Assembly (NCBI GenBank): GCA_963846575.1
Contig: CAWJWJ010000002.1
Location: 736,001 to 800,000, forward strand
DNA: 64,000 nt
From: an uncultured Nitrospiraceae bacterium
GTDB taxonomy: Bacteria > Nitrospirota > Nitrospiria > Nitrospirales > Nitrospiraceae
Direction of reading: 5' to 3'
Position numbers and translations under genes: made by a program. The stretch's first letter is position 1. Every line of letters starts with the position of its first letter. The notes beneath the pieces are model-generated. The model was not told the origin of the DNA. It was given only the letters and a program-made list of their open reading frames with translations, and did no database searches. Positions 18,474 to 30,259 of this stretch are shown here, piece by piece.

Positions 18474-20786
18474 TTACTTAATGGCGACGGCTTTCACCTC
18501 CTTATAGGTCGTATGTCCCTGCAATACCTTATGGATGCCGTCCTGGACAAGGGTGGTCATTCCCTCAGACATACCCATATGTACCATTTCATCAGTTTTG
18601 GCCTTGTTCTGGATTAGGCGTTTCATATTGTCGGTTCCCAACAGGAGTTCATGAAGGGCGACGCGCCCTTTCAGGCCCGTACGGTTGCACGTATCGCACC
18701 CCTTGCCTCGGTAGAGCCGGAAGTTGTGGTCGTAGACAAGGCCGAGTGCATCCCACTGTTGATGACCGTACCCCTGCCGCAGTTCCTCAAACTCTTCTTT
18801 CGAGGGAGGATAGGCCTCCCGGCACTCTTTACAGATCCGTCGAGCCAACCGTTGCGCCAGAACGCCCAGCATGGCGTCGGCAAAACTGAACGAGTCGCAA
18901 CCCATGTCCAATAGGCGTGTGATGGTTTCCACCGCGCTATTGGTGTGTAATGTGCTCAGCACAAGGTGCCCGGTCAGCGATGCTTCAATTCCCGTATCCG
19001 CGGTTTCCTTATCCCGCATTTCGCCGACCATGATGACATCCGGGTCGGCACGAAGAAATGCGCGCATGGCTGCGGCGAATGTGAAGCCGATTTTGGCATG
19101 GACCTGCACTTGACGGAGTCCATATTGAGTGATTTCTACTGGGTCTTCCGCCGTCCAGATTTTGATATCCGGGGTATTGATGTGACCGAGCACGGAGTGA
19201 AGCGTCGTCGTTTTTCCTGATCCGGTTGGGCCCACGCAGAGGATGATGCCATACGGCTTTTCGGCAATACTTTTGATCTCGCGCAGGTTTCGGTCGGAAA
19301 AGCCCATCTTGTCGAGAGGCAAAGGCTCGCTGGCGGCGAGAATACGCATGACCACGTCTTCGTTGTATCCCGCGGTCGGAATCGTGGCGACACGTAGTTC
19401 AATCTCCTTATTCTCGCCGATCTTGAACTTGATCTTTCCATCCTGGGGCTTCCGCCGTTCCGCGATATCAAGGCTTGCCATGATCTTGAGGCGGGACACG
19501 ATGGCCCGACGGTAACTCGGCGGAATTTTCATGTACTCGAAACAATCACCGTCGACCCGAAACCGAACCAGCGTGTCACGCTTCTCGCCGTAAGGTTCGA
19601 TATGGATATCGGAGGTGCCTTGCCGGAACGCATCGGCGATAATCTGGTTGGCGAGACGCACGATGGCGTTGTCATTTTCGTCCAACCCTGAACCGGCGGC
19701 GTCCTCCTGGGCTTCGAGTTGAGCCTCGTTGACCAATTCTCCAAGAATGTCCGAAACATTCTCGTTCATCTTGGTCGTCACGTCCGGTGTGCCGGTCGTA
19801 GTCGAGAGAAAGAGCGTGATATCGCGGCGGAGGCTGACCGCAAAGCGGATATTCAATCCCGGGAAGGTGCGCTTGATGTCTTGAACCCGATCCATGTCGC
19901 CCGGATCATCGGTCAGGATTTCAATCGCAGCGCGATCCCGCTTGAGCGGCATCCAGTGATTTTTTTTCAAGTAATCGACGTTCAGATTTTTGAGTAACTC
20001 GATGTCGACGATCGTGCGCTCGCTGTACTCTATGTAGGGGCACTTGTGGAATTGAGCCAGTGACTTGCCAAGATCGGCTTTGGGAATTTTATACTTTTCG
20101 ATCAGGACCGACTCAATGTCGCCGGTGCCCTTTTTGGATTCTGCGAGGGCGTTGTCCAAATCGCTTTGTGAGATCTTGCCGCTCGTCAGCAGGATATCGA
20201 ACTTGGAAGGGGGTTTTTTGGATGTTTTTCGAAGACCATAAAATGCGGTTCCCAGCGATTTGGCGATTTCCGCCACGCTCTCTTCGTCCTTGCGTGTGAA
20301 ACGTCCTCCGCTCTTTTTGTTCAGCAGTTGGATCACACCCATCAGGTATTTGTTGTCGGCGACGACCGGATAGGTGAGGACCTGCTTGGTCTTAAATCCG
20401 GTGTCTTTGTCGTACCTGGCATCGTGAGTCAGGGAAGGATGTACGGCGACGAGTTCAGCCTGATTGTACGCGTCACCCACGTTGACCGGGCGAAGGTATT
20501 TAGCGCAGAAGCCTGCGAGGCTCAATTCGGTAATCGGGGTTCGAACCTCCTGGATGGTATCGAGATGCGGAATCTTGGAGAAGATTTCCTTCTTTTCGGA
20601 ATCGACTACGAAGAGCGTCAGATCCTCGGCATCGAAACAACTCAGAATTCCATGTCGCAGATCCAGCAGTATCTGATCGATGTCGCTCGCTGCGAGGATT
20701 TGTGTGCTGATGCGTTTGATGTTTTCCGCGGACCCGGACTTGAGGAGACTGTCGCCTAATCCGGGTAGCGGGGCTTTGGACTGCAT
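18474..20786 (-). CDS. PilB/GspE-family assembly ATPase with N-terminal GAF domain
   Basis: SDIHIEP, GPTGSGKTTT, LRADPDVIMVGEMRD, TGHLVLSTLH and a Zn site CKEC/CDTC. The GAF ends LNKKSGGRFTRKDE. Confidence 0.93.
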   Translation of the reverse strand: MQSKAPLPGLGDSLLKSGSAENIKRISTQILAASDIDQILLDLRHGILSCFDAEDLTLFVVDSEKKEIFSKIPHLDTIQEVRTPITELSLAGFCAKYLRPVNVGDAYNQAELVAVHPSLTHDARYDKDTGFKTKQVLTYPVVADNKYLMGVIQLLNKKSGGRFTRKDEESVAEIAKSLGTAFYGLRKTSKKPPSKFDILLTSGKISQSDLDNALAESKKGTGDIESVLIEKYKIPKADLGKSLAQFHKCPYIEYSERTIVDIELLKNLNVDYLKKNHWMPLKRDRAAIEILTDDPGDMDRVQDIKRTFPGLNIRFAVSLRRDITLFLSTTTGTPDVTTKMNENVSDILGELVNEAQLEAQEDAAGSGLDENDNAIVRLANQIIADAFRQGTSDIHIEPYGEKRDTLVRFRVDGDCFEYMKIPPSYRRAIVSRLKIMASLDIAERRKPQDGKIKFKIGENKEIELRVATIPTAGYNEDVVMRILAASEPLPLDKMGFSDRNLREIKSIAEKPYGIILCVGPTGSGKTTTLHSVLGHINTPDIKIWTAEDPVEITQYGLRQVQVHAKIGFTFAAAMRAFLRADPDVIMVGEMRDKETADTGIEASLTGHLVLSTLHTNSAVETITRLLDMGCDSFSFADAMLGVLAQRLARRICKECREAYPPSKEEFEELRQGYGHQQWDALGLVYDHNFRLYRGKGCDTCNRTGLKGRVALHELLLGTDNMKRLIQNKAKTDEMVHMGMSEGMTTLVQDGIHKVLQGHTTYKEVKAVAIK

Positions 20787-21030
20787 GGGACTATCTCCAG
20801 ACGGATCGAACGAGGCGCTGCATGGTGTCGATCAGCAGTTGGATGCTGAGCCTGGAAACCTTTATGGGGACGGGGTTCTTGGCCGGACGTCTCCCCGTGA
20901 GTCAGTGTATCCGAATGCGACGTCAAGGCAAGCAAAAGGTCTTTTCACGAAGCTGGTTTCCGCCTGACTCTCAGGTGCGTGTACGTCTCGGGGGGCAATC
21001 AGGATGTGCGGGGGGAAGAATGAAGCGTTG

Positions 21031-22737
21031 TTAGGTGGCCGTGGCGAGCCAGGACGATAGGGTCGTGAGAACCTGGTCGGGAGATACTTTTGTGGTTTCG
21101 CCCGTCTGCCGACGCTTGAGCTCAACCTGGCCCTGCGCGAGACCCTTGTCGCCAATGACCAGGTGATAAGGTGCACCAATCAGATCGGCGTCGTTAAACT
21201 TGACCCCAGCCCGTTCATCCCGATCATCCCACAGTACTTCGATCCCGGCGTCCTGCAAAGTGGCATACAGGGTTTCAGCCAATTGCGCTACCGCTTGAGA
21301 TTGACTCAGCGGGAGGAGGGTGACATGAAACGGAGCGATGGGAAGAGGCCATTTAATCCCCTTGGCATCGTGGTTTTGTTCGACTGAGGCCGCGGCGGTC
21401 CGGCTCACCCCGATTCCATAACAGCCCATCACGGCCAGTTGCTCCTGTCCCTGCGCATCCAAGAAAGTCGCCTTCATGGCTTGGCTGTATTTCGTGCCCA
21501 GCATGAACACATGGCCGACTTCGATGCCTTTGGCGGTTTTCAGAGTACCGTCTTTTCGCGGCGAGGGATCGCCGGCTTGCGCATTACGGAGATCGGCAAA
21601 TTGCTCGACGCTGAAATCACGCTCCCAGTTGGCATCCACGATATGCATATCGGCTTTGTTGGCGCCGACCACGAAGTTGACCATGGCCTTCACGGCCCAG
21701 TCAGCGAGGATGCGGATGTTTTGCAGACCGATTGGGCCCACATAGCCGGCCGGGGCGCCGGTGAGCTCAGGAATCAACTCGGGCTTCACGAGCTCAAGAT
21801 CGGTGGCGCCCACCAGCCGTTTGACTTTGATTTCATTCACCTCATGATCGCCCCGGATTAGGACTGCCACGACCTCTTTGCCCGTGTTGTACAGGAGCAT
21901 TTTGACGAGTCGACCTGGCGTAATTTTGAGAAAGGTCGTCACTTCTTCAACAGTCCGTCGTCCCGGCGTGGCCACTGGGGTCATAGGCCGGGGACTGTCG
22001 GATTCTTGTATGTCCGGGGGGACCGCTTCAGCACGTTCGACGTTAGCGGCGTAACTGCCGGTTTCGCTGTAGAGGATGGTCTCTTCTCCGGTGTCAGCCA
22101 ACACCATGAATTCATGTGAGGAGGTGCCTCCGATCAAGCCCGTATCAGCCTCAACAGGTCGAAAGGTGAGCCCGCAACGCGTGAAAATGCGAGTGTAGGC
22201 ATCGTACATCTTTTGATAGTTTAGCCTTGCTCCGGCCTCGTCTCTGTCGAAGCTATACGCGTCCTTCATGATAAATTCACGACCGCGCATCAGCCCGAAC
22301 CGCGGACGGATTTCGTCGCGGAATTTCGTTTGGATCTGATAGAAATTCAGCGGCATCTGTCGATACGACCGGACTTCCCGCCGGAATAGATCGGTGATTA
22401 CCTCTTCGTGGGTTGGTCCGAGGCAGAAGTCTCGTTCGTGTCGGTCCTTAAACCGGAGTAACTCTTTGCCATAAAAATCCCAACGTCCCGTTTCACGCCA
22501 CAGCTCGGCCGGGGAAGCCACCGGCATCAGGAGCTCTTGGGCTCCGGCCCGGTTCATTTCCTCACGCACGATGCGCTCGATTTTTCGAAGGACTCGGAGG
22601 CCCAGCGGGAGGTAAATGTAGATACCGGCTGCTACTTTGCGGATCATGCCGGCGCGAAGCATCAGGCGATGGCTGACGGTTTCAGCCTCGCCTGGATCTT
22701 CGCGCAAAGTGGGAATAAGGGTCTGAGAGACGCGCAT
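21031..22737 (-). CDS. proS: Prolyl-tRNA synthetase
   Basis: LGPTHEE, FRDEIRPRFGLMRGREFIMKDAYSF, INS domain, GCYGIGVSR. Confidence 0.98.
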   Translation of the reverse strand: MRVSQTLIPTLREDPGEAETVSHRLMLRAGMIRKVAAGIYIYLPLGLRVLRKIERIVREEMNRAGAQELLMPVASPAELWRETGRWDFYGKELLRFKDRHERDFCLGPTHEEVITDLFRREVRSYRQMPLNFYQIQTKFRDEIRPRFGLMRGREFIMKDAYSFDRDEAGARLNYQKMYDAYTRIFTRCGLTFRPVEADTGLIGGTSSHEFMVLADTGEETILYSETGSYAANVERAEAVPPDIQESDSPRPMTPVATPGRRTVEEVTTFLKITPGRLVKMLLYNTGKEVVAVLIRGDHEVNEIKVKRLVGATDLELVKPELIPELTGAPAGYVGPIGLQNIRILADWAVKAMVNFVVGANKADMHIVDANWERDFSVEQFADLRNAQAGDPSPRKDGTLKTAKGIEVGHVFMLGTKYSQAMKATFLDAQGQEQLAVMGCYGIGVSRTAAASVEQNHDAKGIKWPLPIAPFHVTLLPLSQSQAVAQLAETLYATLQDAGIEVLWDDRDERAGVKFNDADLIGAPYHLVIGDKGLAQGQVELKRRQTGETTKVSPDQVLTTLSSWLATAT

Positions 22738-22741
22738 GCGG

Positions 22742-24133
22742 TTACGGAGAGATCAATCGCTCGATGTCGTTCCAAAAGGCAAAGATCATGATGCCGACGA
22801 GCAAAACCAAGCCCACCTGTTGGGCCAGTTCGCGCTGCCGGTCTTCCAAGGGTTTTCGACGGACGGCTTCAATGAAAAAGAAGAGCAAATGGCCTCCATC
22901 CAGGATCGGGATGGGCAATAGGTTGAGCACACCCAGATTGATGCTCAGCATAGCCATCAGAAATACTAAACTGGAGGTCCCTTGTTCTGCCGCATCTCCC
23001 GCTGTTTTGGCGATCGTGAGAGGGCCTCCTATGTTTTTGCGGGAGATCTCTCCGGTGATGATCTTATAAATCCCCACCACCGTCAGTTCGGTCCACCCCC
23101 AGGTGGCTTTTGCTCCAAGCCAGGGCGCCTTCAGGGGATCATTGGTTTGCAGAATCGTTTGATTCTGAGCGGAAATGCCGATCTTACCGATTTCCACCGC
23201 CTTCCCGTCCAGCGTGGCTTTTTCACCCAAAGGAGTCACCGAAAGTGATCGGGCCGCGCCGCTTCGCTGCACATCGAACTGTAGTGGCTTATTAGGACTT
23301 TCCCGTACGAGCGACGTCATCTGTGACCACGTGAAGATATCGTGCCCGTCGATGCGGACGACCCGGTCTCCCGCCTCGAGGCCGGCGGCTTGTGCACGGG
23401 ATCCTGGGATTACCGCTGTAATGATGGGGGCCCGCTCCTCAATGCCAAGTTGGTAAATGGTCACGGCTTTGCCGTTGTCTTGCAGTGTGGTTTTGGCAGG
23501 CGTAACCAGTGCCGTCTTGATTTGTTCTCCGCGCGTAAGGTCCAAGGTCAGCTGTTTGCCGTTGCTTTGTGAGATGTATTTCAGCAACTCAGCACTCGTC
23601 GAGATTTCTTTGTCGTTGACGCGAAGGATGCGATCGCCTGGCTTCAATCCTGCCTGGTCGGCCGGGGATCCCGGCAAGACGGCTTCGACTTCTGGAATGA
23701 TGTCTTTGAAACTTGGCACCGGAAGGGTATATCCCAGGCCGATGTAGACCGTGTAAATGAAGTAGGCCAGAATAAAATTGAAAATCGGTCCCGCGGCCAC
23801 AACCAGCGTCTTCCCCCACAGTGACTGATGGGCGAATGCGCGCTTTTTATCTTCCGGTGTGATGGTTTCGTGTTCGTCCTCGCCAAACAGCTTGACGTAT
23901 CCTCCCAGCGGCACCGCGGACAATAAATATTCGGTTTCACCGATCTGTCGTCCGAAAATCTTCGGTCCGAACCCCAGGGAAAATTTCAAGACCTTGACCC
24001 CAACCCACCGGGCGGCCAGAAAGTGCCCCATTTCGTGGAAGGCGACGAGGACGCCCAGCACCACCAGGAACGGAAGCGCCCAGTGGGTCAGAAGGGAGAC
24101 AAAATCAGGTGACCAGGCAAAGGCTGTTCCCAC
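22742..24133 (-). CDS. rseP: RIP metalloprotease RseP with two PDZ domains
   Basis: HEMGH and NLLPIPILDGGH. Confidence 0.97.
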   Translation of the reverse strand: MGTAFAWSPDFVSLLTHWALPFLVVLGVLVAFHEMGHFLAARWVGVKVLKFSLGFGPKIFGRQIGETEYLLSAVPLGGYVKLFGEDEHETITPEDKKRAFAHQSLWGKTLVVAAGPIFNFILAYFIYTVYIGLGYTLPVPSFKDIIPEVEAVLPGSPADQAGLKPGDRILRVNDKEISTSAELLKYISQSNGKQLTLDLTRGEQIKTALVTPAKTTLQDNGKAVTIYQLGIEERAPIITAVIPGSRAQAAGLEAGDRVVRIDGHDIFTWSQMTSLVRESPNKPLQFDVQRSGAARSLSVTPLGEKATLDGKAVEIGKIGISAQNQTILQTNDPLKAPWLGAKATWGWTELTVVGIYKIITGEISRKNIGGPLTIAKTAGDAAEQGTSSLVFLMAMLSINLGVLNLLPIPILDGGHLLFFFIEAVRRKPLEDRQRELAQQVGLVLLVGIMIFAFWNDIERLISP

Positions 24134-24157
24134 AACACACTCCTTGGGTTCAGAATA

Positions 24158-25318
<1,161 letters not shown>

Positions 25319-25350
25319 GGCGAACTCCAGCGCTGACGGTCGGTCATCCG

Positions 25351-26199
25351 TTACAGATTATTGGTGATACTGACATAGTAGTAGAAGGCTGGACCCGTGA
25401 ACAAGAGACTATCCAATCGATCAAGCATGCCACCGTGTCCTGGAATCAGCGCGCCGGAGTCTTTGATGCCGGCATTTCGTTTGATGGCCGATTCCGTCAA
25501 ATCGCCGAGCAGTCCCGTCATCGTGAGCAGGATGCCCAACATTACGCAATCCCACAGAGAGAACGTCGGGAGAAACCAGGCACGCGCCACTACGGCCATG
25601 ATGCAGGCGAGGACGAGGCCGCCGGCCAGGCCTTCATAGGTTTTTTTGGGGCTGATGACCGGCGCGAGCGGGCGCCGTCCCAATGACTTTCCGGCGATAT
25701 AGGCGCCAGTATCCCCCGCCCAGGTCACGAGCACTACGAAGAAGATCAGCAGCGCTCCCTCAGTCATTCCTCTGATCAGCAGGAGGTAGCCGAGTGCCAA
25801 TCCCACATAGGCAACGCCCATTATCAATACGAGGCCGTCCGTGAATGCACTGACGAGCGGTTTTTTTGACAACAGCGGCAAGCCGAGTGCGATGACTACG
25901 GTGCCCATTAACACGGCGCGGTCTGAAATCAGAGCGGGCCACTGAGTACTCCCGAGCAATAGGGCGGTGCTTGCCACACCTGCCCAACCCCACCAGGGCC
26001 ACGATGTCTGGCCGAGATGAAGCCGATAAAATTCTCCCACCGCCAGCAGCCCGGCAAGGGTGACCAACCCGAAGAATGCGACGGGTCCGAGATCGTGTAC
26101 CAGAACATAGAAAAACGGAATAAACACGACGGCCGCGAGAACACGGCGTACGGCTTCCGATGAGGAGCGTGGCCGTTCGGCATCCGAGGGTCTCGGCAT
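25351..26199 (-). CDS. cdsA: Phosphatidate cytidylyltransferase
   Basis: SPKKTYEG and GDLTES.IKR.AGIKDSG.LIPGHGGMLDRLDS. The start could instead be GTG at 26235. Confidence 0.95.
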   Translation of the reverse strand: MPRPSDAERPRSSSEAVRRVLAAVVFIPFFYVLVHDLGPVAFFGLVTLAGLLAVGEFYRLHLGQTSWPWWGWAGVASTALLLGSTQWPALISDRAVLMGTVVIALGLPLLSKKPLVSAFTDGLVLIMGVAYVGLALGYLLLIRGMTEGALLIFFVVLVTWAGDTGAYIAGKSLGRRPLAPVISPKKTYEGLAGGLVLACIMAVVARAWFLPTFSLWDCVMLGILLTMTGLLGDLTESAIKRNAGIKDSGALIPGHGGMLDRLDSLLFTGPAFYYYVSITNNL

Positions 26200-26242
26200 C
26201 CTGTCCTCGCACTGGATAGCTCCTGGTTTCACCACGAAGAGA

Positions 26243-27028
26243 TTAGGAGGAGACGCTGCTCAACACGCGGCCGAAACGGCGTTCACGCCGCTGGTATTCA
26301 ATCAACGCGACTAATGTTTCGCGCCGACGGAAATCCGGCCACAATGTCGGGGTGAAGTAGAGTTCCGTATAGGCCAACTGCCACAGCAGAAAGTTGCTGA
26401 TACGGGTCTCCCCGCTGGTGCGGATTAAAAGGTCCGGGTCCGGAAGGGCATGTGTATACAAGGCTTGTTGGACTGCCTGTTCATCGATCTGGTTCACGGA
26501 GAGTCGTCCGTCCTGCACCGCGCGGGCGAGATCCCTGGCCGCATCGACCAGTTCTGTACGGCCACCGTAGCTGAGCGCGACGTTCAGAATCATTTTGCCG
26601 AGATGGGCGGTTTCCTGCTCGGTAGTTCGAACCCACTGCAAAGCGGTCGGCGGAAGCGAGGACACCCTGCCTATTGTTTGGAATCGCACTCCCTTCTCGA
26701 TCAGACTCGAACGTTCAGTGGACAGGTAGTGTTCAAGCAGGCTCATGAGGGCCTTGATTTCCTGTGCCGGCCGATTCCAGTTCTCTTGCGAAAACGCGTA
26801 GATCGTCAGGATTTTGATGCCTAGCTCAAGCGAGAGCGAGATTAGTTCGCGGACGGATTTTATCCCCTCCTGGTGGCCGGCTATACGCGGTAGCCCGCGT
26901 AACTCCGCCCATCGACCATTGCCATCCATGATTACGGCCAGATGTTTCGGCAGGAGGTCTGGTTCGAGTTGCGAGAGCAGGTCAGAGTCAGGGATAGGCT
27001 CGATATCGCGTGATCGAGAATCATTCAT
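26243..27028 (-). CDS. uppS: Undecaprenyl diphosphate synthase
   Basis: HLAVIMDGNGRWA, YAFSQENWNRP, DLLIRTSGETRISNFLLWQ. Confidence 0.97.
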   Translation of the reverse strand: MNDSRSRDIEPIPDSDLLSQLEPDLLPKHLAVIMDGNGRWAELRGLPRIAGHQEGIKSVRELISLSLELGIKILTIYAFSQENWNRPAQEIKALMSLLEHYLSTERSSLIEKGVRFQTIGRVSSLPPTALQWVRTTEQETAHLGKMILNVALSYGGRTELVDAARDLARAVQDGRLSVNQIDEQAVQQALYTHALPDPDLLIRTSGETRISNFLLWQLAYTELYFTPTLWPDFRRRETLVALIEYQRRERRFGRVLSSVSS

Positions 27029-27083
27029 GGAGCGGCGTCTACACCTTTGTTTATCCGTGGTGGACCTCCGAGAAGGCAAGGCG

Positions 27084-27112
27084 AGTCTATCCGTGAGGTA
27101 TGGCAATGTCAA
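27084..27112 (-). promoter_or_regulatory. Sigma70 promoter of the uppS operon
   Basis: TTGACA-N17-TAGACT on the minus strand. Confidence 0.65.
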
Positions 27113-27220
27113 ACAATTTTTCCCAAATTCGCTGTATTTGCAGATGGTTCGAGGGCCTTTGCATTGCGCCTGCTGAAAAGAGTGCGTTATACTCAGCGAC
27201 TGTACAGGAGGAGTATCTTT

Positions 27221-28657
27221 ATGGCTAAGGACGAGGCCGGAGCGCTGGCACGTTTCGGGGTGACCGATCGAGAGATCGAGCAGGCGCTGGGGCGGGTCAA
27301 GGTATCGACGGTCGATTATGCCGACTTATATTTTGAATATTGTCAGTCGGAATCGGTTTCCATGGAAGAGGGAATCGTCAAGCGCGCGACCAAAAGTATC
27401 GGGCAGGGGGTCGGTGTTCGTGCGACCGTCGGTGAAAAGACGGGATTTGCATACTCCGACGAACTGACACCTACCGATTTGAACATCGCAGCTGAGACGG
27501 CAAGATATATCGCCGATTCCGGCCATGGCACCTCTCCGGTGTCCGTGACTCATCGTCCGACCCTGGCACAGAACCTCTATCCCCACGACCGCACCGATAT
27601 CGAGGTGGCGACTCGCGATCGCGTCACGTTGCTCAATGACATCGACGCCGAAGCACGTCGGTACGATCCCCGGATCAAAAATGTCATGGCCGCTTACAAT
27701 ACTGAGTACAAAGTCATGCTGGTCGCGACCTCGGACGGCCTGATGGTGGGGGATATCCAGCCCCTGTCTCGGCTTCAGGTGACGTGTATTGCCGAGGAAA
27801 ACGGCAATCGCCAGGTTGGTACGTTCGGCGGTGGCGGCCGCATTGGACTGGAATATTTTCAGAAGGATCAGCGATACCTCCAGTTCGCCAAAGAAGCGGC
27901 TCGGGAAGCGATCCTCAATCTCAGTGCTGTCGATGCCCCCGCCGGGGTTATGCCAGTCGTGCTCGGCGGGGGATGGCCTGGAATTTTGCTGCATGAAGCC
28001 ATCGGGCACGGTCTCGAGGCGGACTTTAATCGAAAAAAGACCTCGGCCTTCTCCAATCTTCTCGGAAAAAAAGTAGCCTCGGAAGTCTGCACGATCGTGG
28101 ATGACGGAACGCTTCCCTTCCGCCGTGGGTCGCTGAACGTCGATGACGAAGGCACGCCCACCAGCCGCACGGTCCTGATCGAGCGGGGGATCTTGCGCGG
28201 TTACATTACGGATAAACTGAATGCGCGTCTGATGGGTATTCCCGTGACTGGAAACGGTCGCCGGGAGAGTTACCAGAGCGTGGTGCTGCCGCGAATGACC
28301 AATACGTTCATGCTGGCCGGCGAGTCCGATCCACAAGACATTATCAAGTCGGTGAAGAAGGGGCTCTACGCGGTGTCGTTCGGGGGCGGGCAAGTGGATA
28401 TCACCAACGGAAAATTTGTCTTCTCAGCCAGTGAGGCCTACCTCATCGAGGATGGACAGATTACGAAGCCGGTGAAGGGTGCGACGCTGATCGGCAGCGG
28501 GCCGGATATTTTGAAACAGGTCTCCATGGTCGGATACGATTTGAAGCTGGATGAAGGCATCGGGACTTGCGGAAAGGAAGGGCAGTCGGTCCCAGTCGGC
28601 GTTGGTCTCCCGACTATCCGCATCGATGAAATCACTGTCGGCGGAACGAAGGCATAA
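27221..28657 (+). CDS. tldD: Metalloprotease TldD
   Basis: LLHEAIGHGLEADFNRK, PRMTNT, GTCGK.GQSVPV. ATG at 27221 with AGGAGG RBS. Confidence 0.96.
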   Translation: MAKDEAGALARFGVTDREIEQALGRVKVSTVDYADLYFEYCQSESVSMEEGIVKRATKSIGQGVGVRATVGEKTGFAYSDELTPTDLNIAAETARYIADSGHGTSPVSVTHRPTLAQNLYPHDRTDIEVATRDRVTLLNDIDAEARRYDPRIKNVMAAYNTEYKVMLVATSDGLMVGDIQPLSRLQVTCIAEENGNRQVGTFGGGGRIGLEYFQKDQRYLQFAKEAAREAILNLSAVDAPAGVMPVVLGGGWPGILLHEAIGHGLEADFNRKKTSAFSNLLGKKVASEVCTIVDDGTLPFRRGSLNVDDEGTPTSRTVLIERGILRGYITDKLNARLMGIPVTGNGRRESYQSVVLPRMTNTFMLAGESDPQDIIKSVKKGLYAVSFGGGQVDITNGKFVFSASEAYLIEDGQITKPVKGATLIGSGPDILKQVSMVGYDLKLDEGIGTCGKEGQSVPVGVGLPTIRIDEITVGGTKA

Positions 28658-28659
28658 CC

Positions 28660-30018
28660 ATGACACGCGTGGTGGGTGAACAGGACTATTCGAATCTCGC
28701 GCAGGATCTTCTCGCGAGAGCAGCCAAACAAGGGGCGACCGGGGCGGATGTGATGGTGGCCGACGGAGAGACGTTGTCGGTGCAAGTCAGGGTGGGGGCG
28801 GTTGACCGATTGACGAAGGCACGTGAGAAGCGCCTCGGACTGCGGGTCTTCTTCGGTCAGCGATCGGCGAGCGCGTCCACGTCTGATTTTTCCCGTGATT
28901 CTTTGGAGCGGTTCGTCGGCGAAACCTGTTCGTTGGCGCAGGCGGTGATCGAAGACCCGGTCTCCGGCCTGCCTGAGCCGGGAGCGTACGCAACCGAGTT
29001 TCCAGAGCTCAACATTTACGATCCCACGAAGTTGCAGACCGACCAGCAGATTGATCTTGCGATGCGTGCTGAACGTGCCGCCTTTGCCGCCGATTCCCGC
29101 GTGACCAATTCGGAGGGCGCGGAGTGCGACTCGTCATCCGGTCGAATTGTTCTCGCCAACAGTCACGGTTTCCTTGGTAACTATGCCAACAGTAGTTTTT
29201 CGCTCTCCGTGTCTCCCATCGCCTCGGACGCCGCTGGGATGCAGCGCGACTACTGGTATGGCGTCGATCGGTCGTTTGCGAAACTGGAGAGTCCGGAATC
29301 GATCGGGCAAGAAGCCACGAGACGCACGGTGCGGAAACTCGGCGCCCGAAAGGTTCCCACCTGCAGCGCGCCGGTAGTGTTCGATCCTGAAGTGGCAGGA
29401 GGTTTACTCGGCCATCTCTGCAGCGCCCTTTCCGGGTATGCCCTTTACAAGGGGGCCTCATTTCTTATTGGACAGCTGGGCAACCAAATTGCTCCTGATT
29501 TCGTGACTATTTACGATGACGGTCTCATGCCGGGAGGGCTGGGCACGCGCCCATTTGATGGCGAGGGATTGCCGACGAGAAAGCAGGCCGTCGTGGAGCG
29601 CGGTCGATTGAAAAGCTACCTGCTCGATACTTATTCAGGTAGGAAGCTGGGTTTAGCTTCTACCGGGAATGCGGCGCGCAGTATCGGTGAAAGTCCGTCG
29701 GCTGGACCGACGAATTTTTACATGGTGCCCGGGACCACCTCACCGGAAGCGATCCTGGCGTCGGTCAAAAAAGGCCTTTACGTGACCGACCTCATCGGCT
29801 TCGGCATCAATATGGTGACCGGCGACTATTCGCGCGGGGCGAGTGGATTCTGGATCGAAAACGGTGAACTGGCCTACCCGGTAGAAGAGATCACTATTGC
29901 GGGCAATCTCAAGCAGATGTATGGGAACATCGACACGATCGGGACCGACTTGGTGTTTCGCGGCCGTATAGCCTGTCCAACCGTGAAGCTGGCCGAGATG
30001 ACCATCGCCGGACAATAG
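28660..30018 (+). CDS. pmbA: PmbA/TldE
   Basis: PFDGEG, TGDYSRGASGFWIENGE, EEITIAGNL; follows tldD. Confidence 0.95.
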   Translation: MTRVVGEQDYSNLAQDLLARAAKQGATGADVMVADGETLSVQVRVGAVDRLTKAREKRLGLRVFFGQRSASASTSDFSRDSLERFVGETCSLAQAVIEDPVSGLPEPGAYATEFPELNIYDPTKLQTDQQIDLAMRAERAAFAADSRVTNSEGAECDSSSGRIVLANSHGFLGNYANSSFSLSVSPIASDAAGMQRDYWYGVDRSFAKLESPESIGQEATRRTVRKLGARKVPTCSAPVVFDPEVAGGLLGHLCSALSGYALYKGASFLIGQLGNQIAPDFVTIYDDGLMPGGLGTRPFDGEGLPTRKQAVVERGRLKSYLLDTYSGRKLGLASTGNAARSIGESPSAGPTNFYMVPGTTSPEAILASVKKGLYVTDLIGFGINMVTGDYSRGASGFWIENGELAYPVEEITIAGNLKQMYGNIDTIGTDLVFRGRIACPTVKLAEMTIAGQ

Positions 30019-30259
30019 AGCTGCCTTCGTCGATCATGACTGAGTTTCGCGAAACAATGGGACGATATATCCGCGTGGTTCCCGTTTGTTCTGGATAGCA
30101 GGACAGGTCTCGACAGCAGCGGAAGGAAAGATGCTCGGGTACAGATGCGGGAGTGTTCTCATCGGTATCTGGTGCGACGGTCTCCGAGATCGAGGTTTGA
30201 ACGAAAGTAACGTCTGGAGTTGAGGGAGTTTCACACAGCGGACACAATCGAGAGGCACC

